From Bacteroidia bacterium (GTDB lineage: Bacteria > Bacteroidota > Bacteroidia > 2-12-FULL-35-15): 64,000 nucleotides of DNA. Where the stretch lies: the NCBI GenBank assembly GCA_020051175.1, contig JAGVJJ010000011.1:80257-144256 (forward strand), given 5' to 3'. Position 1 is the stretch's first letter, and every line of letters begins with the position of its first letter. Below the pieces are notes generated by a model. That model saw nothing but the letters and a program-made list of their open reading frames with translations. It had not been told where the DNA came from and did not search any database. Made by a program: the position numbers and the translations under genes. Below are positions 26,056 to 34,624 of the stretch, in pieces.

Positions 26056-27423
26056 CTAGCCATGTTTAGGTGTTTCAATCCCAGTTACTTTCCTGTATAA
26101 CTCAGTCGCAAACGGATCAGTCATCCCACTCACAAAATCCAGTACAGAAAGTACCCGCTCGTAGGCTGAAGCTTTACCATCAGGAATAAACTGTTGCGGA
26201 ATCAGCAACAATACCTTTTCGTCTTTTTTCGAAGGCTTTGCTTTGAGAATAGGAGGAACGAACAAGGATAAAAGTTCCGACATTACATTGTACCCTGCGA
26301 TTTCAATCTCCACAACAGTGCGGTGATTGTAGATTCTTGTTACAGAAGTCCGTGCAATTTTTTTCAGAGCTGGAGAGCTGCTTTCAAGCTCATCTACCAA
26401 TGAATTGTTATACGTTCCGGAAAGAATGGAAGATGCATTTTTGTGAAAAATATCTGCAGCCTCAAGCGTTAAATTATTAATGCATTTTGCCCTTAAATAC
26501 GATATCCTTTCATTTTGATCTTCTATAGAGTTCAATGTTTTATGTAAGCGATCCATTTTCTCGTCCGGTCTGCCAATATTTTCAATCAATGCAATGAAAT
26601 CAGTTTCAATTTCTGATGATGAGAGTATGTTCAAACGGTGCGCATCTTCATAATCAATAACGCGGTAACAAATATCATCAGCGGCTTCAGTAAGGTAAAC
26701 AAAGGGATGGCGCTTATACACAAGAGGTGCAGTACTCTCTTCGATCATATTTAATTCTTTGCAAATGTCCAATGCCGTTTCTTTTTCCGCCTGAAAGAAA
26801 CCATATTTACTCCGGTGCTTGGCACCTTTAACAGAAGCTCCCGATTCACAAGGATATTTTAGTAAAGCTGCAAGTGTTGTATAGGTCAGCCTTAGGCCAC
26901 CTGTAGATTTTCCTTTGAACTTAGTTGTCAGGATTCTAAATGCATTGGCATTGCCTTCAAAATTTGTCAAATCATTCCATTCGCCTTGTGAAAAATAGTC
27001 CTGCAGTTTTTTACCTTCGATTGTTTCTTCTGCATTTTCAATAAAATAATTGGATATCGCTTTTTCACCGGAATGCCCGAATGCCGGATTTCCAATATCA
27101 TGAGCAAGACAGGCGGATGCAATTACAGCAGAAAGTTCATAATTATAAAAATCTCCTATATCACCATCCATGCCCGCAGCAATTTTCCGACCGGCAATAG
27201 TTCCAATAGAACGTCCAACACTGGCTACTTCCAGGGAATGTGTTAACCGGTTATGTACAAATGTAGAACCCGGTAAAGGAAATACCTGCGTTTTGTTCTG
27301 CAGTCTCCTGAAGCCGGAGGAAAATATAAGGCGGTCAAAATCCCGTTGGTATTCTGTCCTGACTCCGGCACTTGTTTTTGCTACGCCCGTACGAGAAGTA
27401 GAAACGATATTACTCCATTCCAT
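26056..27423 (-). CDS. dgt: dGTP triphosphohydrolase-like HD-domain protein
   Basis: Motifs HNRLTHSLEV and AHDIGNPAFGH. The start was taken at MEWSNIV. Confidence 0.85.
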   Translation of the reverse strand: MEWSNIVSTSRTGVAKTSAGVRTEYQRDFDRLIFSSGFRRLQNKTQVFPLPGSTFVHNRLTHSLEVASVGRSIGTIAGRKIAAGMDGDIGDFYNYELSAVIASACLAHDIGNPAFGHSGEKAISNYFIENAEETIEGKKLQDYFSQGEWNDLTNFEGNANAFRILTTKFKGKSTGGLRLTYTTLAALLKYPCESGASVKGAKHRSKYGFFQAEKETALDICKELNMIEESTAPLVYKRHPFVYLTEAADDICYRVIDYEDAHRLNILSSSEIETDFIALIENIGRPDEKMDRLHKTLNSIEDQNERISYLRAKCINNLTLEAADIFHKNASSILSGTYNNSLVDELESSSPALKKIARTSVTRIYNHRTVVEIEIAGYNVMSELLSLFVPPILKAKPSKKDEKVLLLIPQQFIPDGKASAYERVLSVLDFVSGMTDPFATELYRKVTGIETPKHG

Positions 27424-27530
27424 AAAATTGTTTTTTATAAAAATATGCATTTTCTACTTATAATTTAAATTTGAGAATAGCAATTGTACTTACAAATTAT
27501 TTAGCTATTTTTCCTTATAAATCATTCTCT

Positions 27531-28802
27531 ATGACAAAAAGAATTATTCCTTTGGCAATTTTTATTGCAGTACTGATAGCATCCTGCATTTCCGATAAGC
27601 CCTTTAAAAAAGCCAGTTACGGAGAAAAGACCCTCGAACTAATTGATATAGTTGAAAAAAACCCGAACATTAAATCCCTTCTGATTATCTCCATCGCCCA
27701 GGCAAAAAAAATAAATCCCGATAAGCTTTCTAATCCTGCTCAAACATTGGAAGAATACTATGACTTCATAGCTTATGCTGAAAAAGCAATGCCCTGGGGA
27801 CTGCTTCCTGATATGAAATATTCAGAGCTATATACTAAACTGGATCAGGGTTTGTGTTATTATTACTTTATCAATGACCAACCTCTTAAAGCGCTTGAAG
27901 ACAAAGGATTTTATAACAATTCATTACAGTATGTAAAACCCTACAGCACATGGCTGACAAGCTTTAATCAAGGTTGGGGCAGCTTTTTAGCCACAACTGC
28001 CTCATGGAACGAGGAATATTATCAAATGGCTTTAGCGGATAACAGGTTTGGATTAAAAAATGATTGGTATGAAGATCCCTCCAACTGGAAAACGTTCAAT
28101 CAGTTTTTTTCCAGACATCTTAAATCAAAAGACAAACGCCCCATAGCAGAACCTGCCGACAATTCCGTTGTTACATCACCCGCAGATGCCCAGCCACAGG
28201 GCGTCTGGGAAATTGATAAAAATTCAAACATTGTCCAAAAGCAGGGCGTGCCTATCAAATCAGGAACGCTTAATTCAATTGAAAAACTAATTGGTGAAGA
28301 CAGCGCGTATGAAAAACAATTTGCAAATGGTTCCTTCACGCATACGTACCTGGATGTAAACGATTATCACAGGTATCATTTCCCAATTAGCGGAACAGTA
28401 AAAGAAGTGCGAATAATTCCGGGACAAAATGCTGCAGGCTGTATTTTAACATGGGATTCCATAAATAAACGGTATGCTTATGATGCTTCTGTTCCGGGCT
28501 GGCAATCGGTTGAAGCACGCGGCTGCATTATTGTTGAAAACGAAGAGTTTGGACTGGTTGCCTTACTTCCGATAGGAATGTCGCAGGTGTGTTCCGTAAA
28601 CTTTGAAAAAAATATTCAACCCGGCACCAAAGTTAAGAAAGGCGACATGTTAGGTTATTTTCTGTTCGGAGGTTCTGATTTTATGATGATATTCCAGGAT
28701 AAAGCAGGTTTTGAAATTAAATCACCAGCAGATAAAACGGACAAACCTCATTATAAAAAGTTACTGATGGGTGAAACGTATGGAAAACTCGTTGGAAAAT
28801 AG
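27531..28802 (+). CDS. Phosphatidylserine-decarboxylase-family (pyruvoyl) protein, long form, with a lipoprotein signal
   Basis: Motifs DYHRYHFPISGTV and FLFGGSDF (G-S self-cleavage site). The N-terminus is MTKRIIPLAIFIAVLIAS|C. Confidence 0.65.
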   Translation: MTKRIIPLAIFIAVLIASCISDKPFKKASYGEKTLELIDIVEKNPNIKSLLIISIAQAKKINPDKLSNPAQTLEEYYDFIAYAEKAMPWGLLPDMKYSELYTKLDQGLCYYYFINDQPLKALEDKGFYNNSLQYVKPYSTWLTSFNQGWGSFLATTASWNEEYYQMALADNRFGLKNDWYEDPSNWKTFNQFFSRHLKSKDKRPIAEPADNSVVTSPADAQPQGVWEIDKNSNIVQKQGVPIKSGTLNSIEKLIGEDSAYEKQFANGSFTHTYLDVNDYHRYHFPISGTVKEVRIIPGQNAAGCILTWDSINKRYAYDASVPGWQSVEARGCIIVENEEFGLVALLPIGMSQVCSVNFEKNIQPGTKVKKGDMLGYFLFGGSDFMMIFQDKAGFEIKSPADKTDKPHYKKLLMGETYGKLVGK

Positions 28803-28838
28803 TTGCGTCAGACAACTTCCTAGTTTCAGGTTTAACAG

Positions 28839-29648
28839 CTAGCACCCTCCTCCCTTGCCAAACGGAATTCTGAATTCCTGCTTTACCTTTATCCCACTTG
28901 TATTTTGTGCCGGTTTCCACGGTGGCATTTGTTTTACCGCCTCCGTTATAAGCTTATCAATATTGGCATTCCCCGAAGGCCTTGCCATTGCCACATTTAT
29001 TATCAGCCCTTGCTCATTTACAGTAAATTTAACAACAGATTGCTGAAGTTGCTGATAGGACTTTTTACTGCTAATCATATTCATCACATTATCATTTAAA
29101 TATTTTGAAAGCCTTTCTACTCCACCCGGAAACTCAGCCTCCTTTTCTGGTACAACCGTAACAGCTAGCTGCCCCATTATAGTGTCACTTATCTGGGACT
29201 TATGATCCACCCCTCGTTTTTTATACGTAAATTTTACAGATATTACAATGTCCATACCGGTCACAACAGAGCTAAGGCTGGCTCTTTGGAGAGCCGTCAG
29301 GTTATCATAAATGTTTTTTGTAGATAATAGCTTACTACCACCGGGCAGAGAGACCTCTGCAGACACATACTCAACCAAACGCTCATAATTATATCCCTGA
29401 GGATAATAAACGTAGCAACCTTGCTCAGAATCCATTTTCCTACGATGTTCCAGCTCATCGCGCTCTTTAGGCATTAAAAACATCTTTTGCCAGAGTTCGG
29501 AAGTAATTTCACTTATTGACTGGATATGATTCAGTTTTTCCCTTTTTACTGTAGGATTATATCCTCCTGTATATTCAAACTTATAAGCCTGTGCGGAACA
29601 CACAGCTGCATAAATAAAAATGAGCGCGGTAAAAATTATTTTTTTCAT
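28839..29648 (-). CDS. TonB C-terminal-domain protein (secreted)
   Basis: Signal peptide is MKKIIFTALIFIYAAVCSAQ; the TonB_C hallmark AEFPGGVERLSKYL is present. Confidence 0.6.
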   Translation of the reverse strand: MKKIIFTALIFIYAAVCSAQAYKFEYTGGYNPTVKREKLNHIQSISEITSELWQKMFLMPKERDELEHRRKMDSEQGCYVYYPQGYNYERLVEYVSAEVSLPGGSKLLSTKNIYDNLTALQRASLSSVVTGMDIVISVKFTYKKRGVDHKSQISDTIMGQLAVTVVPEKEAEFPGGVERLSKYLNDNVMNMISSKKSYQQLQQSVVKFTVNEQGLIINVAMARPSGNANIDKLITEAVKQMPPWKPAQNTSGIKVKQEFRIPFGKGGGC

Positions 29649-29680
29649 AATTTGTAGATTTAATAATTATAAAAATTTCA

Positions 29681-30091
29681 TTATTGAGGTTGTGTAGCTT
29701 TTATTGAAAGTACGTATTTGTAAACAGCATCCTTTTGAACATCTGATATTCCAGCTCTGTAAGCCATATCGTCAATAATAGTCTTCCATGCAGCTTCATT
29801 ATACATGTAAATATTATACACACCATGGCAACCCGTACAAGCCCCCTCATTGTAAACAAAATAACCCTCTTTTAACCTCTGCAGTGTTACATCCGGGAAC
29901 TTACCCTTCACGGCAACGAGTTCGGCCTCCGCAGGTATAAGTGAGCAACTTACTGGTTTTAATAATAAAGGAGAAGCTGTGGCTTCGGTTGCCGGTGGCT
30001 GAGGCGGTGTTGCAACTGCAACAGGTTTACGGCTCTTACAGCCACAAACGATTATCGCAACTACTAATAAACAAATACATGCACTTTTCAT
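29681..30091 (-). CDS. c-type cytochrome lipoprotein
   Basis: Heme motif is CTGCH. The lipobox-like N-terminus is MKSACICLLVVAIIVCGC. Confidence 0.65.
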   Translation of the reverse strand: MKSACICLLVVAIIVCGCKSRKPVAVATPPQPPATEATASPLLLKPVSCSLIPAEAELVAVKGKFPDVTLQRLKEGYFVYNEGACTGCHGVYNIYMYNEAAWKTIIDDMAYRAGISDVQKDAVYKYVLSIKATQPQ

Positions 30092-30210
30092 ATTGTATCT
30101 TTAAAGTGATAAAACAAAAGTAAGCACGCGTTCCATTCATTGTTGTTATCGAGAAGTTATCGGGTTGTTAATGACTTGTTAATGCCGATTTTACAAGAGC
30201 ATAAAATGGT

Positions 30211-30218
30211 TAATTTTG
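30211..30218 (+). promoter_or_regulatory. Candidate -7 promoter box (TAATTTTG), only 7 nt before the histidine-kinase ATG
   Basis: Matches TAnnTTTG; the spacing implies a leaderless or near-leaderless mRNA. Confidence 0.3.
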
Positions 30219-30224
30219 AAGTAA

Positions 30225-31463
30225 ATGAAATTCAACCGGAACAATATATTGATTATAATTTCATCGCTTGCATTATTGGTAGTACTACTAATCCAGGTAA
30301 ACTGGCTTTTTAAGACAGCTCAGATAAAAGAAGAGCTGTTCAATGAAAAGGCAAACATGGTACTCGCAAAAACTACGCAGGCAATTTATGCAGATGAGGT
30401 AACCTGCAAAAAGCTGGAAATATCGGCCGAAGAGAATGAGCTTCATAAAATAGATTCCCTGCTTCATTATTATATGCAATTCTACAACCTGCATATCAAC
30501 TACTCTTTTGAAGTGTTACACCCTGAAGCTATACCTGTAAATGCTGGAACCGACTGGGAACAGCTTCTTTCTCCAGTGCAACCGGCATGCAATAGAAAAA
30601 GTCTGGAAGAAGTGGTGAGTAAAAAAGGCTGGGAACTAAAACTCCATTTCCCTCAAAAAAAACAATTTATTATGGCCGAAATGAGCACCTTGTTTGTTAC
30701 TTCAGTGCTGCTTATACTTATAGTACTGATATTGTTCTGGAAAACAACACGGTCCCTATTAAAGGAAAAAGCAATTTCAGAGCATACATCCGATTTTTTA
30801 AATAACATGACGCATGAATTTAAAACACCATTAACCAATATTTCACTTGCCGGAAAAATGCTTATAAAAGATGTAAACAATAACCAGGAAAGCAAAACAA
30901 AGTATTATTCAGGAATAATACTTGATGAGAATGAAAAATTACGCCTGCAGGTGGAACAGGTACTAAGTATGACTGCTCTTGAAAGAGGCGAAATCCCTTT
31001 GAATAAAATCAAATTGGACTTTAACAGTATTATTCATGATTGTATGAAATCATTTGAACTACAACTGGCACACACACACGGAAAGATAGAACTAAGACCG
31101 AAAGCTCAAAATACCATTATATATGGTGATAAAACCCAGCTTACAAACGCATTGCGCAATCTGCTTGACAATTCTATTAAATATTCATTAAAAAAACCAG
31201 AGCTTCTCATTCAAACCTTTAACCTGGATAACAATATTGCAATAAGTGTTAATGATAAAGGAGTAGGTATAAAAAAAGAACATCAAAAAAAAGTGTTTGA
31301 TAAATTTTACAGGGTACCGACTGGTGATGTACACAACGTAAAAGGATTCGGACTGGGGCTTGCATACGTAAAAAAAATTATTGAATTGCACCAGGGTACA
31401 ATAGGTCTGGAAAGCGAAAAGGGAAAAGGAACTACATTCACCATTACATTACCAAATGCATAA
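30225..31463 (+). CDS. Sensor histidine kinase
   Basis: H-box is MTHEFKTPLTNI and G2 box is GFGLGLAYVKKIIELHQG. There is an N-terminal TM helix. Confidence 0.85.
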   Translation: MKFNRNNILIIISSLALLVVLLIQVNWLFKTAQIKEELFNEKANMVLAKTTQAIYADEVTCKKLEISAEENELHKIDSLLHYYMQFYNLHINYSFEVLHPEAIPVNAGTDWEQLLSPVQPACNRKSLEEVVSKKGWELKLHFPQKKQFIMAEMSTLFVTSVLLILIVLILFWKTTRSLLKEKAISEHTSDFLNNMTHEFKTPLTNISLAGKMLIKDVNNNQESKTKYYSGIILDENEKLRLQVEQVLSMTALERGEIPLNKIKLDFNSIIHDCMKSFELQLAHTHGKIELRPKAQNTIIYGDKTQLTNALRNLLDNSIKYSLKKPELLIQTFNLDNNIAISVNDKGVGIKKEHQKKVFDKFYRVPTGDVHNVKGFGLGLAYVKKIIELHQGTIGLESEKGKGTTFTITLPNA

Positions 31464-32163
31464 GGAGAAGCTCCACATTTTACTTGCAGAGGACGATCTC
31501 AACCTTGGAATTCTGCTGGTTGATTACCTGGAAACGGAGGGTTACCATGTAAAATTATACAGAAACGGTGAGTTGGCAGCAAAAGCCTTCCAGGACGCAC
31601 ATTTTGATTTATGCCTGCTGGATGTAATGATGCCTCTGAAGGATGGTTTTTCGGTAGCTAAAGAAATAAGAATAAAGGATAAAGACGTGCCCATTATTTT
31701 TATTTCTGCAAAATCATTAAAAGAAGATAAGCTTAAAGGTTACGGTGCAGGAGCAGATGACTACATTACCAAGCCATTTGACGAAGAAGAACTACTCTGG
31801 AAAATAAAAGCAGTTACACGCAGAAAGCCCCTTGCAAAAAGCGATAACCAAACAGTAAGTATTTCTTTTGGCAAGTATTTTTTTGTTCATGGTAACCAGT
31901 CGCTTACAGTTAATGGTAAAACCAAACGAATCACCGAGAAGGAAAGTGAAATTTTAAAGTACTTATCGGAACACCGCAATAAGGTTATAAAGCGGGAAGA
32001 CATGTTAAAAGCTCTGTGGGGAGAAAACGACTACTTTTTAGGCCGCAGCCTGGATGTATTTATCACGAAAATTCGTAAATATTTGAAAGAAGATCCTGCA
32101 CTCACTATTGAGAATGTTTTTGGAGTAGGCTTTATTTTTAATGTGCCTGAAACAGGCAATTAG
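31456..32163 (+). CDS. OmpR-family response regulator
   Basis: Receiver motifs ILLAEDD and DLCLLDVMMP, with a winged-helix C-terminus. The gene overlaps the kinase by 8 nt. Confidence 0.9.
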   Translation: MHKEKLHILLAEDDLNLGILLVDYLETEGYHVKLYRNGELAAKAFQDAHFDLCLLDVMMPLKDGFSVAKEIRIKDKDVPIIFISAKSLKEDKLKGYGAGADDYITKPFDEEELLWKIKAVTRRKPLAKSDNQTVSISFGKYFFVHGNQSLTVNGKTKRITEKESEILKYLSEHRNKVIKREDMLKALWGENDYFLGRSLDVFITKIRKYLKEDPALTIENVFGVGFIFNVPETGN

Positions 32164-32181
32164 ATGCCCTCACATCCGATT

Positions 32182-32211
32182 AACAACTCCGGCAAGCCCG
32201 GAGTTGTTTTT
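32182..32211 (+). terminator. Rho-independent terminator
   Basis: An 11-bp stem (aacaactccgg / ccggagttgtt) with loop caagc, followed by a T-run. Confidence 0.7.
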
Positions 32212-32241
32212 AGTCCATTACAAACATTTCTATACTGCTTT

Positions 32242-32607
32242 CTATTTAGCAACTCCCTCCTCAAGAAACATTGTTCTGTTACGCAGGAACATACCAATCC
32301 ATAAAATAGTTAGAAAAATTGCCGCGACTGGTGGTTCACCTGCTGCAAGCTCAATAGATAAAGCACCGCCCAGGTAACAACATAAAAGAAGAAAACCCAT
32401 ACGGCTTGTTTTAGGATAAGCCATTAATCCTACCAAGACAAGTTCAATAATACCTAAAAAAGTGATGTACTTGCCTAATCCCATTTTTCCCAAACCTTCT
32501 ACAATCTGCTGCGAGCCGGCAAGTTTCATTATACCGCTCATTACAACCATAAGCGCAGGGGTACCCATTAATACTACCGACATAATTTGTGTTGCTTTTT
32601 TTGTCAT
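32242..32607 (-). CDS. DoxX-family membrane protein
   Basis: A 121-aa, 4-TM pattern typical of DoxX, paired divergently with an HxlR regulator. Confidence 0.7.
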   Translation of the reverse strand: MTKKATQIMSVVLMGTPALMVVMSGIMKLAGSQQIVEGLGKMGLGKYITFLGIIELVLVGLMAYPKTSRMGFLLLCCYLGGALSIELAAGEPPVAAIFLTILWIGMFLRNRTMFLEEGVAK

Positions 32608-32747
32608 GATCTTAATTTTTTAAATTTTTACACGACAAAACTAGATCAATTCGATATCCATTTTATACTAGTTTCCTAATGTATACCGATATACAAATGT
32701 ATACCACCATGAAAAAGAAACAGTTATCTATATTATCTTTGTATAGT

Positions 32748-33146
32748 ATGGAACCTAAAGAACCAATTATACACGATAAAAGAAAATGTCCAACACATCT
32801 TTCATCAGGCGAATGTACCAAAGCATTGCTTCCGGTGCAGGATGCGCTGGACATACTTCATGGTAAATGGAAGCTACAAATAATCCTTTCACTTACATTC
32901 GGTAAAAAAAGATTCAAACAAATTCTCAGGGAAATACCGGGTCTGACTCCAAAAATGCTTTCAAAAGAACTGAAAGAACTAGAAATAAATGAGCTGGCAG
33001 TCCGGAACGTATTTGATACCCTACCCGTAACCGTAGAATATGAACTCACTGCTTACGGAAAAACACTGCAACCCCTTATACATGAACTTCATAAGTGGGG
33101 AACAAAACACAGAAAAAAAATCATCGGAAACCAAAAAAATAAATAA
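32748..33146 (+). CDS. HxlR-family winged-helix transcriptional regulator
   Basis: CP...LDILHGKWKLQIILSL...RFKQILREIPGLTPKMLSKELKELE. The start at MEPKEP was chosen by typical family length. Confidence 0.7.
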   Translation: MEPKEPIIHDKRKCPTHLSSGECTKALLPVQDALDILHGKWKLQIILSLTFGKKRFKQILREIPGLTPKMLSKELKELEINELAVRNVFDTLPVTVEYELTAYGKTLQPLIHELHKWGTKHRKKIIGNQKNK

Positions 33147-33180
33147 TTCTCATACATTGGCATATCATTTTTATCCTTTA

Positions 33181-33966
33181 ATGAAACATTTAAATCAAAA
33201 CTCAATGAAACGTATTTCCGCTTTATACTTTTTCTGCATTCTTACAGCGTTTGCATTTGCGCAACGTCCTGCTGCCGATGAAATAAAAACATCCAAAGGT
33301 TCTCTGACAATACAACCTGTGTTACACGCAGCGATGGTGCTTACCTGGGATAAGAAAACAATTTACGTAGATCCTTATGATAACGAAAAAGCATTCGCAG
33401 GTCTTGCTGCTCCTGACTATATTTTAATTACAGACATCCATCCTGATCACCTGGACCTTAAAACGTTGAATAAGCTTGAAACCGCTAAAGCCAAACTGAT
33501 TGTTCCGGTGGCAGTTGCTGAAAAACTACCGGATGAACTGAAAACAAAATCATTAGTGCTTACCAACGGACAATCATTCACAGAGAACGGCATTACATTT
33601 ACTGCCATTGCAATGTACAATCTCCCTGAAGAAAAAGATGCAATGCACGTTAAGGGCCGCGGCAATGGATATGTATTAAATATGGGAGGAAAAAATATAT
33701 ACATCTCAGGAGATACAGAAGACATTACTGAAATGCGTTTACTTAAAAATATTGACCTAGCTTTTGTTTGCATGAACCTTCCTTATACAATGGATATACA
33801 TCAGGCCTCGAGTGCGGTACTTGAATTTAAACCTGCCATTGTTTATCCCTATCACTATCGCGGAAAAGATGGAATGAGCGATACGGAAGCATTCAAAAAA
33901 CTGGTAAATGCCGGTAATAAAGATATTGACGTGAGGTTGAGAAACTGGTATCCTGAATACAAATAG
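33181..33966 (+). CDS. MBL-fold metallo-hydrolase (secreted)
   Basis: Motif ITDIHPDHLD and signal MKRISALYFFCILTAFAFA. An alternative ATG exists at 33205. Confidence 0.65.
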   Translation: MKHLNQNSMKRISALYFFCILTAFAFAQRPAADEIKTSKGSLTIQPVLHAAMVLTWDKKTIYVDPYDNEKAFAGLAAPDYILITDIHPDHLDLKTLNKLETAKAKLIVPVAVAEKLPDELKTKSLVLTNGQSFTENGITFTAIAMYNLPEEKDAMHVKGRGNGYVLNMGGKNIYISGDTEDITEMRLLKNIDLAFVCMNLPYTMDIHQASSAVLEFKPAIVYPYHYRGKDGMSDTEAFKKLVNAGNKDIDVRLRNWYPEYK

Positions 33967-33976
33967 TCAAATACTG

Positions 33977-34624
33977 CTATACTTTTATTACGTTTCCGTT
34001 TGCGATTACGTAATATTCAGAACCACGCTCCTGTTCTAAAATACTTAGTCCGGTGAGTTCACCAAAGGCAGGCAAAATAAACTCTCTACCATTAAAGTAA
34101 AAGCAGGGCAATTTAACAGATTGCCTTGCCATACCTACCAACTGAAGTCCTGGATGGAGATGACCGCAAAAATTAATTCCCGTTTGTTGATTCAGTGGAT
34201 GGTGCGAAAAAATAAAGTGTCCTTCATCAATAACTTCTGTCTTGAACAGATTGGGAATATTATAGTCATGAGCCTGCAATATATCATGGTTTCCTTCCAC
34301 AAGTACAAACTTCACATTCTGATGTTCCATCAGCAACGATTTAAATATAAGCCATTCCCGATTATAAGTGCTGTGAAATAAATCACCCAGAAATAACACA
34401 GAATTGGGCTTCCACCTGTGTACTAAAGAATTCAGTTTTTCAAAATCTTTCTGATAGCTGTTTACCGGCAATGCAATTCCCTGCTTCCTGAAATGCGAAG
34501 TTTTACCCAAATGTAAATCACTCAGAATTAGTTGGCGCAAAGCAGGTCTGTATACGGCCTTCTGGGGTAGTAGATAAAAATCTTCCCCTGCTAATTGTAT
34601 AACAGCATACTGATAGTCTTTCAT
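33977..34624 (-). CDS. pdeM: Ligase-associated DNA-damage-response metallophosphoesterase
   Basis: Motifs ILSDLHLGK, LGDLFHS and VEGNHD. The gene overlaps the Lhr stop by 4 nt. Confidence 0.8.
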   Translation of the reverse strand: MKDYQYAVIQLAGEDFYLLPQKAVYRPALRQLILSDLHLGKTSHFRKQGIALPVNSYQKDFEKLNSLVHRWKPNSVLFLGDLFHSTYNREWLIFKSLLMEHQNVKFVLVEGNHDILQAHDYNIPNLFKTEVIDEGHFIFSHHPLNQQTGINFCGHLHPGLQLVGMARQSVKLPCFYFNGREFILPAFGELTGLSILEQERGSEYYVIANGNVIKV

